A model generated the notes under the pieces. It did not search any database. It had not been told where the DNA came from and was given only the letters and a program-made list of their open reading frames with translations. The position numbers and the translations under genes were made by a program. Source: Rhizodiscina lignyota (lineage: Eukaryota). Taken from it: DNA of 64,000 nt. Positions 12,292 to 24,711 of this stretch are shown piece by piece. The stretch spans positions 2,852,001 through 2,916,000 of the forward strand of contig ML978123.1 of NCBI GenBank assembly GCA_010015805.1, in the 5' to 3' direction. The number at the start of each line of letters is the position of its first letter. Position 1 is the first letter of the stretch.

Positions 12292-14512
12292 CTACACCGT
12301 TATGAAGTGCTTACGGATTATTCCCGTTCCTTGCGACGCGGCCTTCTTTGGTCCAGACATCGGCTCCGTACCTTTCTGTCTTCCGCCTGGAGTGTCAAAA
12401 CCAGCAAGTCGACCACTTTTACGGAGCTCGTGGCGCCCCAGTTGATTTTCCTTATCAATCATTCGAGCTATTCTCTCGTCGCTTTTTGCTACCTCTGCGA
12501 CCCACTCCCGTAACATGTCTCGACGGGACTTGTAGACATCGCTGGCCCCAACAACCGGCCGGAGGAATGGTGTGTTGATCCATTTAAGGTAATCTTTTGG
12601 GAGCGGTTTACCGTCCTCGTCTCTTGAGAGTTTTGCGGTAGATGTTGTCCATTGTCGCACCTCATCCAGATTAATTTGTCCCCTCTCCATTCTAGCGCGG
12701 AGCTGCGTTGAGGACTCAAGCAGATGAGCTCGCTCTCCCAATATTCGGAAGAAATCATAATCAAACATTCTCATCTGCAGCAACAGGTAGATCCTCTGGA
12801 TTGTGGCTATGATGTGCTTAATTGCATTTCCCTTCCGACCAAGGTCGTTCGTGTCATCAGCTGGGTCGATAAGAGACAAGAGATACGGTTCGGTAGGTTT
12901 AGTTGCTCCAATGGCCAAGGTGTCTTCCTGGACTGCGTCCTCTGTATGGACAAGAACGGGTGATTCAGAAGGTACTGGCTTCGTGGCGGCCTTCGCAAGA
13001 TTTAGATGTACTAGAATCTCTGGCTCAGGTCCATCTGAAGTCATATTCAACGTCTCGCTAAAGGACTCATCCACAGTCATTTGCGAAGGGATCCAAACAT
13101 CATCGACCTTGCTTTGGTCATTAGGCTTCGCCGTTCCAAGCTTTTCGAAGACGGAAGGAGGGCTAATAGTTATGCCATGTGCGTATGTGTCAAATTGAGA
13201 CCAGAACGACAGGAAATGAATGAATAAGCTGGTCTCGTTCGAATTTAAAACAGCCCCACCACTCTTCTTGTTGAGTTCTAACGCGGCGACGATCATCATG
13301 AATATGCTGTACGAGCCAAGGCCGCCTCGGAAGACATCTGTTAGACCTCTGATTGAAAACATGGTCTTGACGAGGTGAAACACGTTCTTCAGAGCCGGAT
13401 ATTCGGCCAAATAGGCATTCATAAGCTCGCGCTGCAAGCTGGTATCGTTGGAACAGACAATTTGAATGTCAATGCCACTCCGTTTGTGTGTCATATTGAT
13501 CAGAGGGTATCTCGAATACCGGAAGACAACTAGCATAAACCTGGGATCTTGAACAAACGCAGAATGCAGCTTCCTCAGGCTCCTGAGCATTTTATCCCGA
13601 GTGGCGTAGCGAGGTGCCATTTTGGGATCCTGATCAGGAAGAATCTCGTCCGCAGAAGGGCAAAGCCGAAAGTCCAGATCCGAGACTGCAGTTGTCAAGC
13701 CAGTCTTTTCGGACCCGAAGACTGCTAGGGAGTTCTCGGGCAATGTTCCAGTAGCTACTTCGAGCACATCCTCTATGACCAGTTTGCGGCCAACCGTTTC
13801 AGTTTCGTCGGGCTGTATATCGAATGAGAAGAGGGCGATTTCACGTCTTAATCTACGACCACGAATGTTAGCCAGAGCCCATCACTACTGATGCTTGGCG
13901 AGATAGGTAATACCTGTCATGACTTGGTACATTGGACTGGATAGGGTATCTTGACATAGCTTCTCCCTGCCACCGAGCCATTTTTCCATTTTGCCCTTTT
14001 GACACGGTTTTAGGGCTAATGTATTCTCCTTGGTACTCCAGCGCGTTCGGATTATCCCGTTTCCCAGTATAGTCCTCAACGAGCTGCACAGACCAGGAAG
14101 GCGACTTTCCCAAATCCTTCATTGATCTGTGAACCCTTCCAGAAAATCTGGCCAAATCGTAGAGAAGATGCTTCCTCTTCCAGCCAAGGGTTCTATAGTC
14201 TGAGAAGGTCCGCCATTTTCCAGCAACAAGCCTGTCCGCGGTCTTGACCCTTTGACTGCTGTGGTCGATTCGTTCATGTTTCGGGATGTATTTGTGTATG
14301 TTCGGCCCTTGACGTAGTTGTGAATCAATGGGCAGGAAGCGTATCGGTGGATCGGTGGACGTCGAGCCCACGGCTACTGAAGCGGCGCCTCTCGTCCATA
14401 CCAATGCTGGATTCGTCGGTGCGGATTTGATGAAGAGCTTCGAAAGAGCCTTGCCTGGAAGATAGGCATTGGGAGCGCAACAGACCGGGCGCGCTTGAAG
14501 GGCCGCTCGCAT
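12292..14512 (-). CDS. Non-canonical poly(A) polymerase / terminal nucleotidyltransferase family protein (Trf4/Cid1-like), probable mitochondrial presequence, 2 exons
   Basis: VFGSEKTGLTTAVSDLDF (GS..DxD), RGLTDVFRGGLGSYSIFMM and LSLIDPADDTNDLG (PAP-associated). Arg/Ala-rich N-terminus from ATG 14512 with no acidic residues. Intron at about 13913-13854. Confidence 0.85.
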
Positions 14513-14687
14513 TGGCCGGTTGGTCGCGAGGATTAGATGGGACTGGTATGTAGGAGAGGATGGCGTGGATGGATTGGAGGGAATATTGTCCAAGTGCCCT
14601 TGATTCTAGACGTGAGCGAGCAGCAAAAGCCTGGCTCGAAAGAGCTTCAGACGGAGATTGCCGCGTCCAGGGGTTCAAATTGAACGG

Positions 14688-14724
14688 CCAATGAGAGTGT
14701 GGCGGGCGCGAGAGACGTCATTGG
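14688..14724. promoter_or_regulatory. CCAAT boxes and CRE-like GACGTCA in the short divergent promoter between the nucleotidyltransferase and TPS2
   Basis: CCAAT at 14688-14692, GACGTCA at 14714-14720, ATTGG at 14720-14724. Confidence 0.4.
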
Positions 14725-15159
14725 TGTTGCTTTGCAGCTCCGCTGATTGCCATGCTCCGGCCACAGGAAGAAACAACCAAGTCCGCATCACCCCCCGAGT
14801 GTGACCTCACAATTTCTCAAATTCCCTGTCTTTCCTCACGCCAATCCTTCACCTTCTTGCTCTTCTGCCCTTCCATTGTTCGCTCCGCTCCAGCAATTGG
14901 GCTCGTTCAACCGATACTGGCTCCGAGCTGAATTGCTTCAGAAACGGCATAGCAATTGCGAGCTTCCACCTTGAGGGCCCGAAGTACCAAAGCCTAAGAA
15001 GGTACGAAATATGATCTTGCTCGACCTGCCGCTTCGCTTTACGAGTCGAAATCTTTCACCATGGCATGAGCATTGCCATCTGTTTAGCTCGATGCGTGAA
15101 ATTGTTTCTCATGAACACTTGCTGACAGCATATCTCCCAGAGCATCGCAAAAACCAACA

Positions 15160-18151
15160 ATGTCCACTCCACAATCGCCTGAGGACGAGGAGTTGTCCAG
15201 ATCCACCCATCCTGCCCTCGATCCCTCAGTTACCAATGTTCCTGTAACCCCAGGCATATCTCTGGCCGGCCGATCCGCCTACATCGAACCAGAAGATGTG
15301 AGAGAAGAGTCCGAAGCAGTTCAAAATAGCGAAAGAGAGCTGAGAGACGGTCCTCAATGGAATGCGAATTCATACTTTGCTTCAAAGCCAGGAGAGTTGG
15401 GAGAGGATGAGCGGGCAGGGTCACCAAGCGAACTGGCGAGAGGTGCTCGGTCAGGAGAAGAGCTCTTGAGACGCCTAAGTTTGCCTGGGTCAACTGAGAA
15501 TGGAAGAGACATGGCCGACTTTGATCCAAGAGCGGCTCATCCTACTCTGAACCTTAGCGGAGGGATCATCAGTGCAACAATATGTGTCCCTTACAACGTG
15601 GGATACTCACCAGGAAATGAATGGGTATGATTGAAGTCCATACTGCCTATATGTGACACTAACATCCGAAAGGAACTGAAATCTCGACGTGGCACATCTG
15701 CTCTTTTCGATTCGTTCTCCTATCTCGCGTCTTCCTCGTCACCGTGGAATCATTCGCTAGTGGGGTGGACAGGAGAGATTCGACAGCTACCAACCGCTCT
15801 CATCCCAAAAAATAAATCATCAGCAAGTCTCAGCAACATGTTGCCCATCAACAAAGCGTCCGCACCAATTCCCATTAATTCGAAGGAGAAGCCGTTGGCT
15901 GCAATGGCAGCTGAAGGTATCAGAATCCCCGCAAGCGATAGAGAGCGCCTGAATCGGCAACTGGAACGTGATCACGGCGGCAGGGTCGTTCCAGTTTGGC
16001 TGCCGGATGAGTACGAGGAGGAGAGCGATACCATCATAATCAAGGATCAGTCTCGCTGGCGGAAATATGCTGATCGAGAACTGTATCCACTGTTCCACTA
16101 CAAGCAGAACGAGCCAGCTGATGGTCGAGCTGGTCGCAAGTGGTGGGCTGACTATTACAAGATGAACAAACTCTTTGCCGACAGGATTCTGGAGATTTAC
16201 AAACCTGGAGACATCGTTCTGATACACGACTACTATCTTCTCCTCCTCCCAAGCTTACTCCGGCAACGCATTCCCCATGTCTACATCGGCTTCTTCCTTC
16301 ACATACCCTTCCCTAGTAGCGAATTCTATCGCTGCCTTAGTCGCCGAAAAGAGGTCCTAGAAGGCGTCCTTGGTGCCAACATGATTGGATTCCAATCATA
16401 TTCCTACTCGCGACACTTTTCTTCCTGTTGCACGAGAATCCTATCATTCGACTCTTCCTCCGCTGGTGTCGATGCATATGGAGCGCACATTGCGGTGGAC
16501 GTCTTCCCGATCGGCATCAACGCAGCTGCCACGCAGCATGCTGCGTTCAAAGACCCCGCTGTGGCTGACAAGATTACCGGAATCCGAGAGCTGTACGCTG
16601 GCAAGAAGATCATCGTTGGTAGAGATCGTCTTGACTCTGTTCGGGGGGTTTACCAGAAATTACAAGCATTCGAACTCTTCTTAGAGAAATATCCAGCATG
16701 GCGGGAGAATGTTGTCCTAATCCAGATTACTAGCCCAGCCACTCAGTATACGGAATCGGATGAAGATGATATCAAATTTGTCAACAAGATCGCAGACCTC
16801 GTGGCTAAAATCAATGGCACCTATGGCTCTCTGAGCTTCACGCCAATTCAGCATTTCCCTCAATACCTCTCACGCGAGGAGTACTTTGCGCTTCTCCGGG
16901 TAGCAGATATCGGTCTTATCACCACGGTACGCGACGGCATGAACACAAGTTCACTAGAATATGTTATCTGCCAGAAGGACAACTGCGGCCCTCTCATCCT
17001 CTCAGAATTCTCTGGTACCGCTGGCAGCCTTGGCAAGGCCATCCACGTCAATCCGTGGGACCTTGGTGGTGTCGCAGACGCTCTTGACCGTGCCCTTACA
17101 ATGCCCGACGATGAGCGACAGGAGATGGAAGCGACGCTCTACAAACATGTCGTCACGAACAATGTCCAGGCCTGGACAAATAATTACATGCGTCGTCTTC
17201 TCACCAATCTCTCTTCCTTTGATCAATCTGCAGCAACACCAGCCCTCGATCGTACCAAGCTGCTTCTCCAGTACCGCCAGGCCAAACGTCGCCTGTTCAT
17301 GTTCGACTACGATGGCACCCTCACACCCATCGTCAAGGACCCTCAGGCCGCCATACCCTCCGACCGCGTCATTCGAACCCTCAAAACCCTAGCTGCTGAT
17401 CCTTCTAACGCCGTCTGGATCATCTCTGGACGCGATCAAGCCTTCCTGGACGAGTGGATGGGCCACATTAACAGCCTGGGCCTCTCTGCAGAACATGGCT
17501 GCTTCATCCGACCCCCTGGTGCGACTGAATGGGAGAATCTTGCGGAAAAGTCCGACATGTCGTGGCAAACGGATGTGCTCAACACGTTCCAGTATTACAC
17601 GGAGCGTACACAAGGTAGCTTCATCGAGAGGAAGAAAGTTGCGTTGACTTGGCATTATCGGCGAGCCGATCCAGAGTATGGAGCTTTCCAAGCAAGGGAA
17701 TGCCAGAAAAGGTTGGAAGAGACTGTGGCGAGGCGGTATGACGTCGAAGTCATGACTGGCAAAGCGAATCTCGAGGTCCGGCCACGCTTCGTCAACAAGG
17801 GTGAAATTGCCAAACGATTGGTCAATGAATATGCGAACGATTTGCAATTCGTGCTCTGCCTCGGGGATGATTTCACGGACGAAGGTAATATATTCCCCTG
17901 ACTATACTCTCTTCGAATCCTTTACTAACTAATATCCAGATATGTTCCGCGCTCTCCGTAACTGCAAGCTCTCGGACGACTATATCTTCAGCGTTACAGT
18001 GGGCGCCAGTTCCAAGCAGACTCTGGCGAGCTGGCATCTTCTCGAGCCCGGAGACGTCCTCAGCATCATCAGTTTGTTGAACGGAAACACCGATGCAGGG
18101 AATGTTGGGGCTTTCTCTATTGTGGAGGGACATGTCCCGGACACCAGGTAG
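15160..18151 (+). CDS. TPS2: Trehalose-6-phosphate phosphatase (Tps2/OrlA), 3 coding exons plus a probable 5'-UTR intron (15002-15140)
   Basis: GT20-like domain (LYPLFHY, IHDYYLLLLPSLLR, GFFLHIPFPSSE, RDGMN) followed by HAD motifs FDYDGTLTPIV, ISGRDQ, GKANLEVRP and LGDDFTDE|DMF. Confidence 0.96.
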
Positions 18152-19054
18152 ACCGAATAACATGGATATGGTGGTCTTTCTTTCTTTGAGCATCAAGCGG
18201 GTGGAGCTGAGTGTCGCATACTGTTTGGCGTAGAGTAGAATTGCTCCTCCGTACACGGAACGGGAGCCTCGTTTGACGGTAATGGGAGCGGATTTCTGGG
18301 GCTCGAACAATTTGACGATACGACAAAACCATCATTTCTAGATGGTAGCAATTGAAAAAGATGTGCATCTTCTAATATGTGCTATATCTATTAAGGGATC
18401 CACGTAGTGAAGTTGATTGATATGGCAATCCTCAACCTCGAAAGGATCGGAACCTGCAGGGCTCCCCTTGAACTATTTACTCCCCTATCCCCTTTCCACA
18501 TCACGGTATGTATCTTATCATAACCCCTAACCTTGCGACAATGTGCATGTTGTCGACAGAAACACCATATCGAATCCGAGGATGCATATTCGCTTTGGTC
18601 AATATAGATTATCCGCGTTTAAGCTCCGACACAGGACTCTCCGTTATTATTTTCTACTTCACCGTCTATCATCCTTCTCACACCACTATTTCTTCGAACA
18701 ATTCGCACCCACATCTTGCAAAGTTCGCAAGTCCCATTTATTAAATAGCTACTATATCCAGCTATATAACTCAAACATGGCCTATTTCATAAAACGGATT
18801 CCAACTCCAAGGTAATCCCCATAAAGTAGATCCAGCCCTCAAGCCGACCCTTGAGATCGGCGAGAGCCACGCAGAACGCTTTTGTCTTTCCGGATCCCAA
18901 TCTATGAGCAAACAGTCGGCAAGAACCCTCGGCTCAAAGCAGACAGAAAGCACGCAAAGCCAAAGCGCTAGAAGGCCAAGTTCAAACCTTCAACCCAGCC
19001 CCCTTTATCCCTGATTCCCCCGATCCCGAATGCACATCGTCACAGTCGTATCCC

Positions 19055-21314
19055 TTACAGCTGGGCGTGGTGGCCGTTTCCGTTGAAGCCGTTTCCGGCG
19101 ACGAGGCTCTTCACCTCGTTGACGAGCATATCCCTCTCCTTGAAGGGATCGTACATCCTCTCCTTGATGTACTCGTCGAGCTCCTCGTCGCTCAGGTTGC
19201 GGAGGTTCAGTTCCCTGTCCACACCGGCCTTCTGTGCAGACCTGATGACGTACCTCGTCACGGTGACCGAGACTTCCCTGATACGTCTGATATCGGGGTA
19301 GATCCAGCCCTCCGCACGCTCCTGCTTGTTCAACGATGCCTCAAGGGCGATGCCAGAGGAGTAGATCATATCTTGGGTGACGTTGACGGCCTTGCACAGG
19401 ATGGCGCCGAGACCGATACCTGGGAAGACGTACATGTTGTTGCCCTGGCCGGGAGTGTACGTCTTGCCCTCCCACTCGAGAGATGGGAAGGGCGAGCCGG
19501 AGGCGAAGAGGCACTTGCCGTTGGTATGCTGCATGGCCTCTTCGAAGGTGCACTCGGACTTGGAGGAGGGGTTGGAGAGGGGGAAGATGATGGGGTTGGT
19601 GTTGATTTCAGCCATCTTAGACAACACTTCAGGGGTAAACGCGCTGTAATTGAAAATTAGCATGGTTTCTAATTTCATAATTGCACCACAGGACAACTTA
19701 CCCGCCGATGGTGGAGAGACCCATGAGGATGGTGGGCTTGACGTAGTCGATCAGGCGCACAAGAGACTGGATCTGCTTGCCCTGGTTGTCGTCACGAGCG
19801 AAGTAGACCTTGTGGTCGGCGAGCTTGTCGCCACGGTCGAGGGTAACCATGCCCTGTTTATTGGATCAGCACTGCTCCAAGCCAGGATTCATCTTGGGTA
19901 AACCTACGTTTGAGTCAACAAACCAGAACTTCTTCTTGGCCTCCTCCTCGCTCAAGCCCTCCTTCATGAAGAACTCGACAATCTGCTTGGCAACACCGAC
20001 ACCAGCGGAGCCGGCACCTAGGAAGATAGCACGTTGGTCTTTGATCGGGACACCGGACTGCTTGACAGCAGTGACGAGGCCGCCGAGGATGACGGCTCCG
20101 GTGCCCTGGACGTCGTCGTTGAACATGGTGTAGGTGTCCTGGTAGCGCTCGAGGGAGGTGAAGGGGTTCTTCCAGTCCTCGTACTGGATGACGATGCTAT
20201 GTGCTGCGTCAGTAAAACTTGGTGAAAATTATCTCCCGGAAAGTTGAATAGTGACTCACCCGGGCCACCTCTCGGTCAGAGCAGCCATCAGCTCATCCAA
20301 GAACTCCCTCTCCTCCTGAGCAGTGACCTTGGGACGCCTGCTGCCCATGTAGAGCGGGTTATCGATCAGGGCCTGGTTGCTGGTGCCCAAGTCGCAGGTG
20401 ATGGGGAGAGTGGCATTGGGGTTGATACCAGCGCAAGCGGTGTACAACGCCAGCTTGCCAATTGGGATACCCATGCCGCCAACACCCAAGTCACCGAGAC
20501 CAAGAATACGAGAGCCGTCGGTGACGACGGAGATCTCGACGTTGTGGGGCCAGTTCTGCAGGATGGCGGCAATGTTGCCCTTATCTGAGTATGAGATGTA
20601 CATGCCCTCGGGCTGGGTGTAGATTTCGTGCCATTTCTGGCAGGCCTCGCCGACGGTGGGGGTGTAGATGAGGGGAGTAAGCTCCTGTTGAAAATAGGAT
20701 TAGAATGTGCTGTCATGACGAAGAGTAGTTTTGGGCGGGTCTAACCTTGACGTTATCGGAGAGCAGGCGGTAGAACAAGTGGACGTCGGAGTGACGGAGG
20801 AAGCTCAGATATTGAAACTTGTCCATGGCAGTCGTCTTCGAGTTCAGAAGTGCCAGGCCTGAATCCAATTAGTGAAAATTGATATCCGCGGATGGAGAGT
20901 GTCCGTACATCGCTTTGCCTGGACTTCGTAGCTTTCGACATTGGGAGGCAGAAGGCCGTAGGTCTTCAGGTATCTCCTGACTTCATGAGTGTTGGCAGTA
21001 CCGTAGTCACCGCCCCTGCAGAGTTTATTAGCGATTGAACTATAATCGGTGATATCACTGTCGTATACATACGTGGTGGCGATTTGCCTGATAGCACCAT
21101 GTTGCTGGGGGTGCTTGATGTTGGCGGGAGGGTGGGCGACGTCTGGGATGGCCATCTTGATAGCGGCTGCTGAGGCGGCGTAGGAGCGAGTATGAATGGG
21201 AGTGTAAGAGTGTAGAGCTTCTTGAGGAGAGGGAGAATGAGTTTGAGAGGTGTGCGGCAGCTTGCTCTGCTTAAGAGCTTTCACTGTCGGAGACCCTGCG
21301 AACCTCCGAAGCAT
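19055..21314 (-). CDS. maeA: NAD(P)-dependent malic enzyme, multi-exon
   Basis: PLIYTPTVGEAC, VTDGSRILGLGDLGVGGMGIPIGKL, FNDDVQGTG, LGAGSAGVG, IFPLSNP and GQGNNMYVFPGIGLG. Two in-frame ATGs at 21314 and 21155. Confidence 0.95.
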
Positions 21315-22423
21315 TGACGGACCCCCAATGTATCAAGTTTTACAGGTGTCAGGGCAACGAAAACGACAACGTCCCACCGTCTCATGTGAGGCTTAAACAC
21401 TAAATGCCACAGGTGGATGGGATGGCTCCGGGAGTGTCCGAATGCTGCCAAATGCCGCCCGGACTGGCCTCAAGTCCGCGTGGGATGGGGAGATATGGTA
21501 TCGAATGAGGGGAGCCGATATGTCGGGCAGGAAGGGTGCGAAGCGCGAGTCAAAGCGACCAGTGGGTGGGCGGTGCAGCAGGGCGTGAGCGAGGAGTTTA
21601 TCAAGTTGCGTGGAGATATGCGGCGTGGAGGGATGGCACACCGCTTTGGAATTTTGTGAGGATGGAGTTGATATTTTTTGTGCTGGGTTGGGAACATTTA
21701 CGCAGGGCAGGCTGCGGCTAGCACCTAGCCCAGGGACAGCAGCCAATTCCAAGCTCGCCCATCAGCGCTTGCATGTCTCGGACACGCGTGTGCGGATCTC
21801 GCTCCAAGCATGCGCAAGGATGCTCTGCAGCCTGGGGAGCTCTGTCCTCAATCTGCGCTCAACCTCCAGCATGCTCAGATGTGCAGCGAAGCTCGTGGTC
21901 TCATCGTGGAGAATGTCCGATCCAACGCGCTCCGACGCATGCGAAGCACACCGAAACGCTTATCTCTCCACTCCCGAAATGACTGAAATGCTGGCGGACA
22001 GCTGTCCGGCGGCGTCGGAAGCGCGCTGGCCTGCTCGAGTGGTTCGCTAGCTCCACTGTCACAAGTGAAGCTCAGCCCATTGTGAAACTCATCCGTGGCC
22101 TCAGCGCCGTAAACTCCCGATGCCTGCGTGTCACCAGAGGCCAGATGTCGCACCGAATTCTTGGAGGGGCTGCATGCGCATTTCCCCGCAAATTGGCTCC
22201 CGACGAAGAATGTTCGAATGTGGAGAAGGCGTTGGCGTCGAGTCAAAAATAACCCAAGTTGAGGTGCGGAGCGGAAGCGAATGATCGACGTCATGAATAC
22301 GCGACCATTCGCGCGTGCTCGAGCTTCACCACCACGCAATTCACGCCCCTCCTCCACCATGCCCACCGCAATTGCTGCCAAATACCTTTCTGCACACTCA
22401 TCTAAGAACCGTATCCGCTCAAC

Positions 22424-24711
22424 ATGTCGTCCTGCTTCGGCTTCCGCAAGTCTCGCCAAGATGACACGGCCCCGCTGCTCCCCAAGTACCGCGACGACAC
22501 GGCCCTGCAAGTCGAGCTGCACAAGAAGCTGCACACCTACCAGATGATACGAGCCCTAGGCAAGGGTTTCATGCCGTCGAACGAACAGCTAATCGTCAAT
22601 CTGCGAACCGTCGTCGCTGCAGACGTGCTCAACCCTGATAATCCCGACCTCAGCGACTCTGGCAGGCTGCTGGTGAAGTACACGAAGCAATGGCTCACAC
22701 ATTTTATGGAATTGCTGCAGCATAAGAATTACGATGATGAAGTCCAAGACTTTATATGGTTCTTGACAAAGTCGAGGATATCGATTGATACGGAGGACAT
22801 TGCTAAAAGAGCTTCGAAAGCCAAAGCAAAGGCGGATACTGTGGCTGGTCTGGCCCACACACCCCCTGAGGTCATGTGCCCACATATGCTAATGCTTATA
22901 CAGCGTACAAGTCTCTCCAGACTGTCGGGTCCCTTCTCCTCACCAACTCCGACTTTCGCCTTTTCGTCTCCGACCTGAATACACTCGGTCGCGAAGTCTT
23001 CCGCGACACTGCCTTCACCCTATCCTCAGTGGCCGAGTCTGCGGGCAAGACGATCGAGCCTCCCAAGGAGGAGCAAGAAGCACTCAAGCACCCTGGTCAA
23101 GATGCCGCGAATGGCGTCCCTTCCAAGGAAGATGTTCAGGCCGAAGCTGAGGAAATTTCCCAGGCAGTTGCACACGGAGCTGAAGAGGTGGCCAAGTCCG
23201 CAGCGCAGAGTGCGGCGGAGAAGTTGAAGGGCGATGAAGGAGAGACTCTAGTGGAGAGACTGAAGAAAGCAATTGTGAATTTGAGAAAGCGGCCAGACTA
23301 CAATGACTCGGTCTCCACTCTGTCACTACTTATCAAGCGTTATGCCATGGTGTACTCTCGAGCCTTGGAAGAGACTCTCGAGACAGCAGACCAAGACATC
23401 CACCAGAACCCTGAAACCGACCGCGCAGTCCGCAATTTCTGGTCCTTCATTACCAGCTTCGGCGACAAAGAAGCGTGGAACGAACTCGAAAAGCGGTTCA
23501 AGCAGGTGCTGAGCCACAAGGACCATGACCCAGACTTCGAGAACCTCATGACCCAAACTGGCGACTCTCTACAGTCCATGCTTACCGACCCATCATTCTT
23601 CGATTCCAATAATGCGAACGAAAAGTTCAAAGAACTGCGCGAGAAATCGCGACAAGTAGGCACGGAAAGCTCTTTGCGCTCCGATATCGACGCCCTCCTT
23701 GATCAGGCCCACACCACATTCAAATCAGTGCTGCACGACAAAGACATTGCAAATCTCATAACGACTTCAACACGAATCGTGTCCATCCTCTCTCCAAAAG
23801 GTCAATATACAAATGCCGACCTTTTCACCGACGCTCTGAATGTCTTTGTTCCTCTTCTCATAGCCGGAATCCAATATGTGCCAATCCCGCGTCTGGAAGT
23901 TTCCACTCCAGACCTCGACCTCCTGCTCGAAAACTTGATTGTCGAGCCCGGCAGGACGGTCAACGCCTCCTCCTTCCTGCCGTACAAGCTGAGAATAGAG
24001 ACCCGCAACGACCTCGAGATCCGCAAAGCGCGCTTCCGCACTACCTCGCACGTCTCCAGCCTCGTGACGCTCAAGCTCGACGGACTGTCCCTGCGCGCCG
24101 ACGACGTAGGCTTCTGGCTGCGGGCACACTCGGGCATTTTCCGTCTCGCGGACGAAGGGATCGCGTCTTTCGCCCTCGATGAAAGAGGAATCGACATTCA
24201 CATGGATATCGAAGTTGGTCGGGAGAGGCTCGAGAAGATCCTGACGCTGAAGGCGGTGCGAGTGCACGTGCACAAGTTGACCTACCAGCTGCGGAAGAGT
24301 AAATTCTCCTGGCTCACCTGGATCATCAAACCGCTGCTCCGTCCTATTCTGCGCAAGGTGATGGAAAAACAACTCGCATCTGCCATCGCGGATCTGCTAC
24401 ACGCCGCGAACAGAGAGCTACTGTTCGCAAGGGAGAGACTGCGCGCCACGAGGATCGCTGACCCGCAGGACCTGTTGACGTTCCTCAAAGCTGTGGCCGC
24501 AAGGCTGACGCCCGAGGAAGACCCAGATTTGTACACGAGAGTCGGTATCAAGGATCCTGGACGGGGAGTGTTTAAGGGTGTCTATGCGCCGGGTAGCATT
24601 GTTAAGGTGTGGACTGAGGAGGGGGCTAGGGCCGCGGAGAGGATTGAGGACTACGAGAGGGACGGATGGCGTAATGACGTGTTTGAAATACACACTCAGA
24701 ACATGGTATAG
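22424..24711 (+). CDS. HAM1-like (DUF5923/DUF4449, BPI-like fold) protein, 2 exons
   Basis: ORFs 22424-22978 and 22876-24711 joined by an intron at about 22848-22903. Motifs ALGKGFMPSNEQL, YVPIPRLEVSTPDLDLLLENL and LRKSKFSWLTWIIKPLLRP, recognised from memory of this fungal family. Confidence 0.75.

Noticed and set aside
17899..17904. TGA-CTA read-through motif at the end of ORF 15631-17901
   Set aside because: It lies inside the last TPS2 intron, and read-through would end LRILY*, which is not a PTS1.
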